From contig CAVQGX010000031.1 in NCBI GenBank assembly GCA_963712115.1, positions 192,001 to 256,000 on the forward strand: DNA of 64,000 nucleotides, in the 5' to 3' direction. Positions 27,376 to 37,271 of this stretch are shown here, in pieces. The DNA comes from an uncultured delta proteobacterium (GTDB taxonomy: Bacteria; Desulfobacterota; Syntrophobacteria; BM002). The notes under the pieces were generated by a model that saw only the letters and a list, made by a program, of their open reading frames with translations, was not told the DNA's origin and did no database searches. Numbering within the stretch: position 1 is the stretch's first letter; the number at the start of each line of letters is the position of its first letter. A program made the translations under genes and the position numbers.

Positions 27376-28525
27376 GGATCACCCCTCCCTTCCTTCGCTT
27401 GAGAAGAAGGCAAAAGAAAGGTCCCCCAACCAGAGCGGTAACCACGCCAACCGGTAGCTCCTCACCACCAGGTAAAAGGGTACGTGCAACCACGTCAGAC
27501 CAGAGCAAGGCCAGGCCACCAAGAAGAGCGCTAAGAATCATAAGCCGCTGGTGCGTAGCTCCCAGGCACATTCGAACCAGATGTGGAATTACTAAACCCA
27601 CGAAACCAATTACTCCAGAAACTGATACAGCTGCAGCTGTTAGTAGGCTTCCCCCTATTAAAAGACGGCTCCGCACCTTTTCTACTTCCACTCCTAATTG
27701 ACGGGCCTGTACTTCACCTAAAGTCAAAATGTCTAATTCCCTAGATCGCCTCAGCACCAGATACAAACCCAGGAGCATGTAAGGGAGGGAGAAGCCGACA
27801 TGGATCCAGCCTCTGCCCTGAAAACTGCCCATTACCCAAAAAACGATGGCTGAAACCGCCTCCTCGTCCAGTGCTTTGACCAAAGCAATGAGGGCTGAAA
27901 GAAATGTGGCCACCACAATTCCGGCCAACACCAGAGTGTCTCTCCTGACTCTTCCCTGAACCCGGCCGAGCATCAATACCAAGGTCAGGGCACCTAAGGC
28001 TCCCAGGAGAGCCAGCAGCGGAATGGTGCCAAGGCCGAGATAGGAAGTCCCACCTAAACCAAAGGCGAGAGCAAGGGCGGCTCCAAAAGCGGCTCCACTT
28101 GCTACCCCTATTGTAAAGGGATCGGCCAAAGGATTTCGCAAAACGCCCTGGAAAACAGAACCTGCTACGCCCAGTGCAGAGCCAACCAAAAATGATAACA
28201 ACACCCGACTTAAACGAATGTCGAAAACAACCAACAGGGGCGTGCGTTCAACCGTATCAGGCTGTAACAGTCCCAAGCCCTCACCAATGGCCTCGATCAC
28301 CGTCTTCCAAGGGAAATGCAACCGGCCAACCCCTGTGGCAGCTACAATCGACAGTAAAGACACCAAGGTCAAGGCCAAGAGCCCAAGTGCAAAGACCTTC
28401 CTGGATGCAGCCAGCTGACTGCGCAGCTCTCCTAATTTTGACGAGTTTTGATCCGATTTAGGCAAGAACTTATTCCATTTATTAAGCTTTGCAGATCGCT
28501 GGCCGATTCTCATGCTTCGTCTCAA
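27368..28525 (-). CDS. BtuC/FecCD-like ABC permease
   Basis: DIRLSR, RNPLADPFTIGVASGA, GVIGFVGLVIPH, ELPVGVVTALVGGPFF. Confidence 0.9.
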   Translation of the reverse strand: MRRSMRIGQRSAKLNKWNKFLPKSDQNSSKLGELRSQLAASRKVFALGLLALTLVSLLSIVAATGVGRLHFPWKTVIEAIGEGLGLLQPDTVERTPLLVVFDIRLSRVLLSFLVGSALGVAGSVFQGVLRNPLADPFTIGVASGAAFGAALALAFGLGGTSYLGLGTIPLLALLGALGALTLVLMLGRVQGRVRRDTLVLAGIVVATFLSALIALVKALDEEAVSAIVFWVMGSFQGRGWIHVGFSLPYMLLGLYLVLRRSRELDILTLGEVQARQLGVEVEKVRSRLLIGGSLLTAAAVSVSGVIGFVGLVIPHLVRMCLGATHQRLMILSALLGGLALLWSDVVARTLLPGGEELPVGVVTALVGGPFFCLLLKRRKGGVILD

Positions 28526-28599
28526 GGACCTCTTTGGGCGGGGATCCGCCCCTACTCTTCTTCCTGGCCCCTGACCTCTAACCCCTGACTCCTAAATTT

Positions 28600-29487
28600 C
28601 TACTGAAAATGACTGAACGCCGTCTTCAAATGATCCAGCCAAATATCAACAAACTCCTGATACTCAGCCAATCCTTTGAGCACCGGCTCGCATTTTATTC
28701 CTTCCTTTTCCAGGATTGATTTCCAGGAGTTTTCCTCCGGTCCCACCATGTCGTTTCTGGCATGATCCCCGGCCACAGACATTAATGGCATCAAGTAGGC
28801 CTTCTTGAGACCTCCTTTCTTGAGATCCTTTATGACGTCGTCTATCTCGGGCCAGCCCGCCACCGTGCCCACAAATATATTGGGGTCCAATTTATGCAGA
28901 TGATAGTTTAGAGCGGCATAGTAGACATCGGCAGGATGGTGGGTACCATGGCCCATAAAAACCACTGCATCGTTCTTCTTTCGCTCAGGAGGAATGATCT
29001 TGATCATAGCCTCTGCTACCCGCTGCAGGTCCTCACTGGTGGCCAGCAAAGGATAACCAACCGAGACTGTCTCTATTCCTTTGCTCATACCTTCAAATCT
29101 GCGGACGTTTTGCACCAGGCCGTGGAACTCCTCCCCTGGGATCACGTGCAGTGCTTGCACCGCCACATGAGTGAATTTCTCCCCCATCATTCTGGCCAGA
29201 GCCTCCGCGGGTGTGACCAAATGCTTTCCCTCTTTAGCCATTTTGGCGATTATTATGCGGGAGGTGTAGGCCCACTCGACCTCCACTCCGGGAAATGCCT
29301 TCTTTACGGAGCGATCGATGTTCTCAAAAGAGACCTGAGCTTCGGGAACGGTGCTCCCGAAAGCCACCAAAAGAATTCCTTTTTTCATTGGCCCTTTCTC
29401 ACCGTGAGCGTAAATGGGGGATCTGGGCAAAACCAATGAAACCAGGACAAGCGGGACAATGGCTTTCATGATGATGTAAATCCTCAT
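28600..29487 (-). CDS. cbiK: Sirohydrochlorin cobaltochelatase, exported CbiK(P)-type
   Basis: Signal-peptide-like N-terminus; LLVAFGST, HVIPGEEF, FMGHGTHH, PLMSVAGDHARNDM. The cbiK-ABC-cbiL order matches Desulfovibrio. Confidence 0.9.
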   Translation of the reverse strand: MRIYIIMKAIVPLVLVSLVLPRSPIYAHGEKGPMKKGILLVAFGSTVPEAQVSFENIDRSVKKAFPGVEVEWAYTSRIIIAKMAKEGKHLVTPAEALARMMGEKFTHVAVQALHVIPGEEFHGLVQNVRRFEGMSKGIETVSVGYPLLATSEDLQRVAEAMIKIIPPERKKNDAVVFMGHGTHHPADVYYAALNYHLHKLDPNIFVGTVAGWPEIDDVIKDLKKGGLKKAYLMPLMSVAGDHARNDMVGPEENSWKSILEKEGIKCEPVLKGLAEYQEFVDIWLDHLKTAFSHFQ

Positions 29488-29594
29488 GTCTTTCTCCTTT
29501 GCTGTCGTTCAAGGAAGCCACATCAAAACCCATGTCAAAAAGGATTTGTCCCGCCGCTACTGCCCCGGCTCCGCCCTTGGATGAATTGAACACC

Positions 29595-29632
29595 AAAAAA
29601 AAACCTTGAGCCCTGTGAAGGACTCAAGGTTT
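29595..29632 (-). terminator. Intrinsic terminator in the riboswitch expression platform
   Basis: Minus strand AACCTTGAGTCC-TTCACA-GGGCTCAAGGTT followed by a T run, between the aptamer and cbiK. Confidence 0.8.
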
Positions 29633-29714
29633 GCACCCAGTTTTCTTTGACCTCGAGTGGAGTCGGTATCCGCGTACCGCAAACCGGTAATTTTGCCATC
29701 ATCACCGATTGAGT

Positions 29715-29985
29715 AAGAACGGCAGGTCTTCTGGCTCTCCCGATCTCCGGCTCGCCTTCCCACCCCGCTTGGTCCCGAGTTATTTAGAGGGACTTACGAG
29801 ACAGTGACTTTAACCCCGGGCAGGTCTCTGTATGGGGATCTTCCAAGCCTGCTTCCCATCCCGGGGTATACCGAAAAATGACACCCCACCTGCGGTGAGG
29901 TCAGGATTACAGCGGCGGGACCGCTCCCGATTCGCACGGGATTCCCTTTTAACCCTTTCGGTACCGTCCTTTATTAGCTGGATAT
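29715..29985 (-). ncRNA. Cobalamin (AdoCbl) riboswitch
   Basis: Minus strand GGT...AAAAGGGAATCCCGTGCGAATCGGGAGCGGTCCCGCCGCTGTAA...GTCACTG...TGGGAAGGC...GAGCCAGAAGACCTGCC, upstream of cbiK. Confidence 0.93.
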
Positions 29986-30224
29986 CATACCAGCGGTCAC
30001 AAAAATCAGTCAAGCATTCATTTGTCGCTGAGCATGGAGCATGGGGCATGGAGCTAGATGATTTCGGATTGCGGATTGTGAAATTTTTGCCAGCCGCCTT
30101 CTGTCGTCTGACTTCTGACCTCTAATCGCCTCTGTATCCGACCCTGGGGCCTTGTAGCGGTGCTTGGATGACCTTGTTGGTTGTTGAACCCCAGTAGAAT
30201 ATTACGATTTAGGGTCTCAGTATT

Positions 30225-30977
30225 TCATTTTGAGAGTCCCGCTGGGCGGATTTCAAAATCGCAGATAAGGGGGACATGATCGGAAAGTTTCACCTGTGGT
30301 ATGAAAAAATCGGTTATCTCAATGCAAGGACTATGAAAAATATAATCCAGTTGCCTTCTCGGCGACCGACTGGGGTGAGAGGGTTGCCCTTCACCGTTTG
30401 CACTTCTTAGACCCGTAGCGGCGAGAAACAATTGCAATTCCTGATCACCCCAGAAAACATTGAAGTCGCCGGCAACTATAACCGGTTTTTCTAAATCTTT
30501 GACCATTCGATGAAGTTCTTGAAGCTGGTGATGGCGATGGCGAAATTTCAAAGAAAGGTGTACAAGAAAAATGTTGAAATCCTGCAACTCTAACTCGATT
30601 ACCAGACGTTTTATGCCCTCATTGAAGTAATGAAACCTGTGGGAGATAATCTTCTGGCTGGTTAATATGGCATTACCCTGCTTGTTCACCACCGGCACTT
30701 TTTGCGCCAAGGAATCGCTGGGATACTTTGACTGGTAGACATGATACTGCTTTATTTCACTTGCGATGGCTTCTGCCTGGTTGTGCTTTTCCGCCCGGTA
30801 AGACCCACTGTCCACCTCAAGCAGGCCGATGATATCTGGATTGACCTCTCTTACGAAATCAATAATCTGACTTAGATTTCCGTTGGTGCGCTTGAAATAG
30901 CCACTGTAAGGAACCGGTAAGTGAAAACGCTTGCCTATTCCTGCACCGTAGCGGATATTGTACAAAAGAAATCGCAT
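30225..30977 (-). CDS. Endonuclease/exonuclease/phosphatase family protein
   Basis: LYNIRY, PDIIGLLEVD, GNAIL, VAGDFN, LDYIF, SDHVPL. Confidence 0.88.
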   Translation of the reverse strand: MRFLLYNIRYGAGIGKRFHLPVPYSGYFKRTNGNLSQIIDFVREVNPDIIGLLEVDSGSYRAEKHNQAEAIASEIKQYHVYQSKYPSDSLAQKVPVVNKQGNAILTSQKIISHRFHYFNEGIKRLVIELELQDFNIFLVHLSLKFRHRHHQLQELHRMVKDLEKPVIVAGDFNVFWGDQELQLFLAATGLRSANGEGQPSHPSRSPRRQLDYIFHSPCIEITDFFIPQVKLSDHVPLICDFEIRPAGLSK

Positions 30978-31262
30978 GTTACCTCAGTTCTAGACCTTGT
31001 CTCTGCTGGCTGATGTCAATCTTGGAATTAAACATAGACATACAACCTGCGCCAGTCAACTGCAAAAATAAAATAAAAATTAAGATTAACTCAAGAATAG
31101 AAAAAAGGCCACCTTGGTGCAAGGTAGATTAGAGCAACTTTCGTGCCTTTCTGCGCAACTTTTTTCAAACCTTCACCGTCCTCCGCTACTAAATAGACCG
31201 AATAGCCAGGGAAACTAAACCAGCAGCACAGCAGGTGGGTTTTGCAAGTACTGGCGGACTTC

Positions 31263-34200
31263 CTACTTTCCCAGAATCTTTTCAAGACCCTTGCCGAACT
31301 CCTTGATCACATCTTCCGCGACCTTCCCGCCTTCCTTAGCCCCCTTTTTCCCCGCCTCAGACACTCCCTTGACGGGGCGGATTCGAATCTTGGGATCTTC
31401 TAGAGCGCCCTCTAGAGTTACATGCACCCTGGTCAACTCTGTCCCGGCTTTACCAACTATTGGGAATATACCGAGAACCTTGTCCAGAGTGCCAAAAATG
31501 CCTATGTCTGCATTCATGTTCAGCTGCTTCTTCACCAGATCTATATCGCCATTGGCATCCAGTTCTAGGGCGGGGCTTTCCATAGCGAGTTTGCTTATGT
31601 TCATCTTGCCACTTTGCAGGAGTGTTTTTGCCTTTATGGATTTGTACGGGACTCCCTCAGTGGCTAAATCCTTCATCGTCTTACCTGAGAGGATGTTACT
31701 TACACTGAGAAAGTTGAGTAGTTCAAAAAAAGCTTTGCCGGCCTGGCCGAGCTTGTATATGCGCCCGGGGCCCAACTCTGCCTCCACGTTCCCTCGCAAG
31801 CTCCTCAGTATGGTAAGGGTGCTTCCAGTAGTGCCTTGCAGCTGACCCTTCAGGTTGAGAGGCCCATTTACTGAAGGCTTGTTTGTGCCTAGGAGTGGCG
31901 CCATCGACTCCAATGGAACTGCTTCAATGGTTGGCTGCAGTGCAAATGGAATCTCCTGGAGGCTACGTAGATCCGCAGAGCCCTGGGATTGGATGCGCCC
32001 TCCTCCAATAAGGACTTCTAAATCGTGACTCTTGAGCACACCACGTTCATAGATGGCCTTCAATCGCAGAGCCTGGAATTCTTGTCCCCGGTACTGCCCA
32101 CGGTTGGCATCGACCTGAAGTTCCGCTGTAAGCTTTCTGAGGAATGGATGGAGTTCCCTTTTCTTCGCTATCTTTTCTGCTGGTGTTCCTGCCGCTTTAG
32201 GCTTGCCCTCTTGTTTGTCAGGGGGTTTTGAGCTGGGCTTCGACGAGGCTTCATCTGGAGCGGCTGGAGGCAGCAGACGGTCTAAATTCAAATTTGGCGA
32301 TTTCACCTGGAGTTGTGCCGTGGGCTCCTGGAAGTTGCTGACTTGCCCGGAACCGGTTATTTTCTGATCATTTACCACTAAGGTGAGATCATTAAGGTTC
32401 ACCCTGTTTCCCGCGAATTCAATATCGCCATTGCCCTCCGTAACTTTTAATTTGGCAAGCTTGATACCCAGACCACTGGTTTTGACCTTGCCGTTAAACC
32501 TGCTCTCTGCGGGTTGGGCTTTTGCATAGTGGACATGGATATTCATGTCCAACACACCGTCTAGTTCCAACTCCTTCAGTGGACGAAACAGACTACTTAG
32601 ATCAGCCAGAATAAGACTTTCTGCCTTGGCTGTAGCGTCAACAATCAATTGCTCCGTTCCCCCTCCCGAGAGCTTGCCGTCTAGCTCTATGGGAGCTTTA
32701 TTGAGCCGCCCTGTGAGGTCTTCTACGGTAAGGTCCAGGAAATTCTTATGATTAAATGTCACCCGCCCTTTGAGATCCTCCAACCGCGCTCCCGCCGGAG
32801 AACTTACTGCCCTCATTCCTTCCAGCACCAGGGAACCGCTGGCATCCCACTGCTGACGCTTGGCCTGATCGTAGTCAGCCCGCAGGTCAACTTCGGCACT
32901 CCCTGACAAACTCTCGAGGCCGTACTTCTTCAAGAGCTTTTCCACATCAGCATCTTGAGTTCCTGTTAACCGCATGGGGCCCTTGGCAGCAGCCGACACC
33001 TTTAGATTGCCTGTGAGGTTGGTGGCTCGACCCGCCAAGGTGGGCAGGGTCAAAGGCCCAATCCGCGCTTGGACGTTTGCGGCAGTTAGCTCGCCCTTTT
33101 CCAACCGCAAATTGCCTTTAACATCTTCAAGCTTTGGTAATGTTGCCGAGAGTCCCACCGACACATCCGAAACCCTTGCCGAGCCTTCGATCTTGGACAG
33201 GAGTGATTCAGGCTTTGAGGGTAGTTTTTTAAGGACGAGTTCAGGGAGGGATAATCTTTCTATAGTTACGTTACCTCCCCCTTCTAGGGCTTGGCGAATG
33301 ACCTTCTCTTGCTTACCCACTATTTTCCATGGGACCAGAGGGATCAGGTCGACCAATGGCAAATTAGAGGAAAACACTGCTCTTTCGACAATGGGCTCTT
33401 TCCGCCAATCTCGCAACAACCCCTCTCCGCTCAGGGAGATGGCGCCGAGGGTTAGGTCAAACTTTTGTACTTTAATCTGATCCAAATCAAACACCAGCTC
33501 GTAGGTGATCTTGGTTTCTGCGCCTGGAAGCGACTTTTCCCACTTGGAAAGATCGGTGTAGTTGAAGCGAGTGAGGTCCATGTGTCCATCAGCACTGAAG
33601 TGCTTGCCAAAATCGCCCTGGTAGTTAACCTCGAGAGAAATGGTGCCACCCAGCCGTTCTGCCATGGATTTGTTTTTCACATAGGGCTTGAGGGTCTCCA
33701 CATCCAGGTCTGATACGGTTGCTTTCACCTTCAGCACTGGGTTCTCCAGAGTGAGAGCTTCTGTGAGTCCCACAAAAGTTCCCTGCCCTTTCAGGGATCC
33801 CAAACCAGGTTTGGCCTCATCCCGGAGAGCGAATTGGAAGCCGATTTGCTTGCCAGGGGCCAAATTTCTGGCTTCTATTTCAACGTCTCTAAATATCCTC
33901 GAAACCTGCTGACCAGGCAAGTCCTCCAAGCGAATCCGCCCTTTCTCTACCTTGACCTCTTCGATAAGAATTTCCACTGGGAAGGTTGAGCTAAGTTTAT
34001 CGGCCGAAGGAGCGGTATCACCTCCAGCAGGTGGTTTCCCACCAGGCTTAGTCTTTACCTTTCTTTCCTGATCCGGGGAGGGGGCAAGGCTTACTGCCAA
34101 AACTGGGCTCTGCAACAGCAACTCATCCACTACGACTTTCTTGGACAGGAGGGGAAGAACCGACACCTTGGCATAAATGCGAGATAGGTCCACGTCCCCT

Positions 34201-34481
34201 GGAAATCGAGTGGCTCCCTTCAGAGCAAATCCATCAGCCTCCAGCCAGACCCCGTTCGAGATGCCCCAGTTGAGAGGCCCGAGGGTTGCCTTCCCTCCGG
34301 TGGCCGCCTCGATTTGAGAAGTGATAAACCCATTATACCGATTCAGGTCGATAAACCTGGGAACGATGAGGGCGGCAGCTATGACAATCACGGCAAGAAC
34401 CGCGAGGATGATGCCGACCTTTTTCCATCTCGCTGATTTCACCAACTCATCCTTTTCAACTAGGCACTTAAAAAGGCACAA
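31263..34481 (-). CDS. AsmA-family (bridge-like lipid transfer) protein; start probably about 34445
   Basis: N-terminal anchor followed by IDLNRY...IEAATG; long beta-rich repeats; AsmA-like C-terminus (GDIDLVKKQLNM...LEGALEDPKI). Confidence 0.75.
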   Translation of the reverse strand: MCLFKCLVEKDELVKSARWKKVGIILAVLAVIVIAAALIVPRFIDLNRYNGFITSQIEAATGGKATLGPLNWGISNGVWLEADGFALKGATRFPGDVDLSRIYAKVSVLPLLSKKVVVDELLLQSPVLAVSLAPSPDQERKVKTKPGGKPPAGGDTAPSADKLSSTFPVEILIEEVKVEKGRIRLEDLPGQQVSRIFRDVEIEARNLAPGKQIGFQFALRDEAKPGLGSLKGQGTFVGLTEALTLENPVLKVKATVSDLDVETLKPYVKNKSMAERLGGTISLEVNYQGDFGKHFSADGHMDLTRFNYTDLSKWEKSLPGAETKITYELVFDLDQIKVQKFDLTLGAISLSGEGLLRDWRKEPIVERAVFSSNLPLVDLIPLVPWKIVGKQEKVIRQALEGGGNVTIERLSLPELVLKKLPSKPESLLSKIEGSARVSDVSVGLSATLPKLEDVKGNLRLEKGELTAANVQARIGPLTLPTLAGRATNLTGNLKVSAAAKGPMRLTGTQDADVEKLLKKYGLESLSGSAEVDLRADYDQAKRQQWDASGSLVLEGMRAVSSPAGARLEDLKGRVTFNHKNFLDLTVEDLTGRLNKAPIELDGKLSGGGTEQLIVDATAKAESLILADLSSLFRPLKELELDGVLDMNIHVHYAKAQPAESRFNGKVKTSGLGIKLAKLKVTEGNGDIEFAGNRVNLNDLTLVVNDQKITGSGQVSNFQEPTAQLQVKSPNLNLDRLLPPAAPDEASSKPSSKPPDKQEGKPKAAGTPAEKIAKKRELHPFLRKLTAELQVDANRGQYRGQEFQALRLKAIYERGVLKSHDLEVLIGGGRIQSQGSADLRSLQEIPFALQPTIEAVPLESMAPLLGTNKPSVNGPLNLKGQLQGTTGSTLTILRSLRGNVEAELGPGRIYKLGQAGKAFFELLNFLSVSNILSGKTMKDLATEGVPYKSIKAKTLLQSGKMNISKLAMESPALELDANGDIDLVKKQLNMNADIGIFGTLDKVLGIFPIVGKAGTELTRVHVTLEGALEDPKIRIRPVKGVSEAGKKGAKEGGKVAEDVIKEFGKGLEKILGK

Positions 34482-34649
34482 GGCTTAAGGCGCAGGGCTC
34501 AAGGAAACCACCTAGGAGTCAGGGCTTCGAATTTCGAAATGATAATTCTAAGTTGAGTTGCGTATTTCGTCTTTTTCAAATCCGCAATCCGCAATCCGAA
34601 ATCCGAAATCATCTAGCTCCATGCTCCATGCCTAACGGATTGTGACTGC

Positions 34650-35507
34650 TCACTCTGTGACATCATACTTATCTAGATAGCCTCGGGGAGTAACCATGAA
34701 AGAATCATAGGCAAAGGTCCGGGAGTTGCCCACAATGATTACAGTTTGCATGTCTATCGAGTAGGAGTGCATATTTTCCAGATCGGTAATGGTAACTTCC
34801 TCGCCCTCTCGGGTTGCCCTGCCAACGATTCCCACCGGGGTGCTCCCCGGTCGAAATTCCAACAATATCTCTCGCGCCCGGTTGATCTGCCAGTCCCTCT
34901 TCTTACTCTTGGGGTTATAAATTGCCACAACAAAGTCTGCTTCCCCAACCATCCTGAGCCGTTTTTCGATCACTTCCCAGGGAGTCAAAAGATCACTAAG
35001 TGATATGGCAGCAAAGTCGTGCATCAGGGGCGCCCCGAGAAGAGAGCCGGCTGCAGCAAAGGCGGGAACACCGGGAATGAAAGTAAGCTGTAGACCTTCA
35101 GGTTCTGGCGCCAGAGGGATCTCCTTGGCGCGACAAACCTCCAACACCAGACCTGCCATGCCGTAGATTCCCGCATCACCGCTTGAGACCAGAGAGACAG
35201 TCCTACCTTTAAGTGCCTCATCCAGTGCCAGGTTCACCCTGTCGAGTTCCTGGCGCATGCCTGTGGCCACGGTCTCTTGATCACCTAGGATGGGTCGGAT
35301 GAGTTCTACATAGGTACGGTAACCCACCACCAGGTCAGAAGACCTAAGGGCTTTTTCTGCCGCGGGAGTCAGGTGGTCGCTGTCTCCTGGTCCGAGACTA
35401 ACAACGAGGAGGCGACCCTGGCCACTGCCACGGTCACGTTCCCCAGAATTTGCTTTTGCACCAGCAGTTCCTCGGCGCAGGCGCTTATTATTGCCGCTTT
35501 CTCGCAT
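34650..35507 (-). CDS. cbiH: Cobalt-precorrin-3B C17-methyltransferase
   Basis: VVSLGPG, VSSGDAGIYGMAG, PLMHDFAAISLSDLLTPW, YNPKSKKR, MVTPRGY; the 5' end overlaps the upstream gene. Confidence 0.92.
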   Translation of the reverse strand: MRESGNNKRLRRGTAGAKANSGERDRGSGQGRLLVVSLGPGDSDHLTPAAEKALRSSDLVVGYRTYVELIRPILGDQETVATGMRQELDRVNLALDEALKGRTVSLVSSGDAGIYGMAGLVLEVCRAKEIPLAPEPEGLQLTFIPGVPAFAAAGSLLGAPLMHDFAAISLSDLLTPWEVIEKRLRMVGEADFVVAIYNPKSKKRDWQINRAREILLEFRPGSTPVGIVGRATREGEEVTITDLENMHSYSIDMQTVIIVGNSRTFAYDSFMVTPRGYLDKYDVTE

Positions 35508-37258
35508 ACACTTTCTACTCCCAGATGTTCTCTCACTTTATCTGAAGGACTTGGCACCTCCACCGGAGTTTGGAGGTCGGAGACAGAGTAGTAGACCGCA
35601 GGCCAATGGTGCACCCTTATCAGCTCGTTCAAGCCCTCTTCGTCTTCTTTGAGTTCAACAGTGGCTAGATTGCGTACCGCCAAAAGACTCAGATTGTGAT
35701 CCTCAAAGACCTTATCCACAGCCGCGCCAATTTCAGCCGCCTTGGTGCCCCGTTTACATCCCACCCCCACAACTAAACTCTTTGGTCTCAGTACCAGACA
35801 CGGAGGGGGTTCAAAAGAGCCGATTACATCATCTACGTATATCCAGCCAGATAATTCCGCCTCCCCAGCTTCCTCCGGTCGCTGCAATATTTCTAGTCCC
35901 GCAGTTCCGGGTATGTGGGGTTGCAGCCATTTTCCGGGATCATATAGTCCAATCTGTCCCTCTTTCAACAGGGCCATGTTCAGGGTCTTCACCCTGTCCA
36001 AATTTTCGATGACTAGCCCGGCCTGTTTTGCCAGTTCATCAAAACTTATTTTCCCCTGCACATCAGTTGCTGTGGTGATTACCGCTTGACCGCCGGTAAT
36101 AGCCGCCACCTCCCGGGCCAGCAGGTTGGCGCCGCCAAGGTGTCCGGAAACCAGGCTTATGATATTGCTCCCCATCTCGTCGACAACTACCACGGCGGGA
36201 TCTTCATCCTTGGACTTCAACCAGGGGGCAAGAAATCGCACCACTATGCCGGTGGCCATTATGCACACCAGCCCTGCGTGCTTCTTGACACATTTGGCAA
36301 AGGCCTCTTTGAAGTCAGTAAAAGGGTAGGACCCGCCAAAGCCTCTGGCTTCCTTGTCGGGAAGATAGAGGCTGCTCTCCTCAAGGTTGGCGGCAATGTG
36401 GGCTGCAAGCTTGCTTCCTCCCGGAGTCAGAGCCAAAACGGCCACCCCGTGCCGCACAGCTCCTTCCTTTTGCTGAGACCCCCTAAAGCCATGGGCAAAG
36501 GTGGGATCGTAGAGTTTGCTGCGGTCCTCCAGTTCTCCACTCAGAGCCTGACCCACCAGAATCACCGCCTGTCTTTTGATCCCACTTTCCTCTACGCGCT
36601 TGGCAATGTCTGATAGCGTACCTGCAATGAACTTCTCATCCGGCCAACCTACCCTGTAGGCAACCACCACCGGGGTGTCGGCAGGGTAGCCCTGCTTTAG
36701 TTCATCCACCACTTCACCTATCTTGGACACGCTTAGATATACCACCAGGCTAGCCTGGTGCTGTGCGAGCCCAGCAAGATTTTCACTCTCGGGCACCTTT
36801 GTTCGCCCCGCCAATCTGGTGAGGATGAGTGTCTGGCTCCCCCCCGGCTGGGTGAGCTGCCGCCCTAGAGTCGCTGCTGCCGCAAAGGCCACGGTCACCC
36901 CGGGTACCACCTCGAAGGGGATTTCCTCTTTTTCCAGAAGCTGGATTTGTTCTTGAATGGCGCCGTACAATGCTGGATCACCCGTGTGTACCCGGGCGAC
37001 GATCATGCCCTTCTTGACCCCTTTAGATAGGAGGGCGTGGGTCTCCTCCAGGCTAAGACTGGCGCTGTCGTGAATTTCTGCCCCCTTCTTGGCTTTGGAC
37101 AACAGGGGTCGCGGTACAAGGGAGCCGGCGTAAACTATCAGATCAGCGACCTCGATAATCTTGGCCCCACGCACTGTTATCAATTCCGGATCTCCCGGAC
37201 CCGCCCCAATGAAATAGACTTTTCCCTGCTCTATCGCTTTCAGTTTTCGATCCTCCAC
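35369..37258 (-). CDS. cbiF: CbiF (precorrin-4 C11-methyltransferase)-CbiG (cobalt-precorrin-5A hydrolase) fusion
   Basis: N-half FIGAGPGDPELITVRG, YAGSLV, RVHTGDP, SKLYDPTFAHGFR; C-half MATGIVVR, DPAVVVVDE, SGHLGGAN, ITTATD, GVGCKRG, SVCEKAA. Confidence 0.9.
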   Translation of the reverse strand: MEDRKLKAIEQGKVYFIGAGPGDPELITVRGAKIIEVADLIVYAGSLVPRPLLSKAKKGAEIHDSASLSLEETHALLSKGVKKGMIVARVHTGDPALYGAIQEQIQLLEKEEIPFEVVPGVTVAFAAAATLGRQLTQPGGSQTLILTRLAGRTKVPESENLAGLAQHQASLVVYLSVSKIGEVVDELKQGYPADTPVVVAYRVGWPDEKFIAGTLSDIAKRVEESGIKRQAVILVGQALSGELEDRSKLYDPTFAHGFRGSQQKEGAVRHGVAVLALTPGGSKLAAHIAANLEESSLYLPDKEARGFGGSYPFTDFKEAFAKCVKKHAGLVCIMATGIVVRFLAPWLKSKDEDPAVVVVDEMGSNIISLVSGHLGGANLLAREVAAITGGQAVITTATDVQGKISFDELAKQAGLVIENLDRVKTLNMALLKEGQIGLYDPGKWLQPHIPGTAGLEILQRPEEAGEAELSGWIYVDDVIGSFEPPPCLVLRPKSLVVGVGCKRGTKAAEIGAAVDKVFEDHNLSLLAVRNLATVELKEDEEGLNELIRVHHWPAVYYSVSDLQTPVEVPSPSDKVREHLGVESVCEKAAIISACAEELLVQKQILGNVTVAVARVASSLLVSDQETATT

Positions 37259-37271
37259 ACGTACCTTGTCG

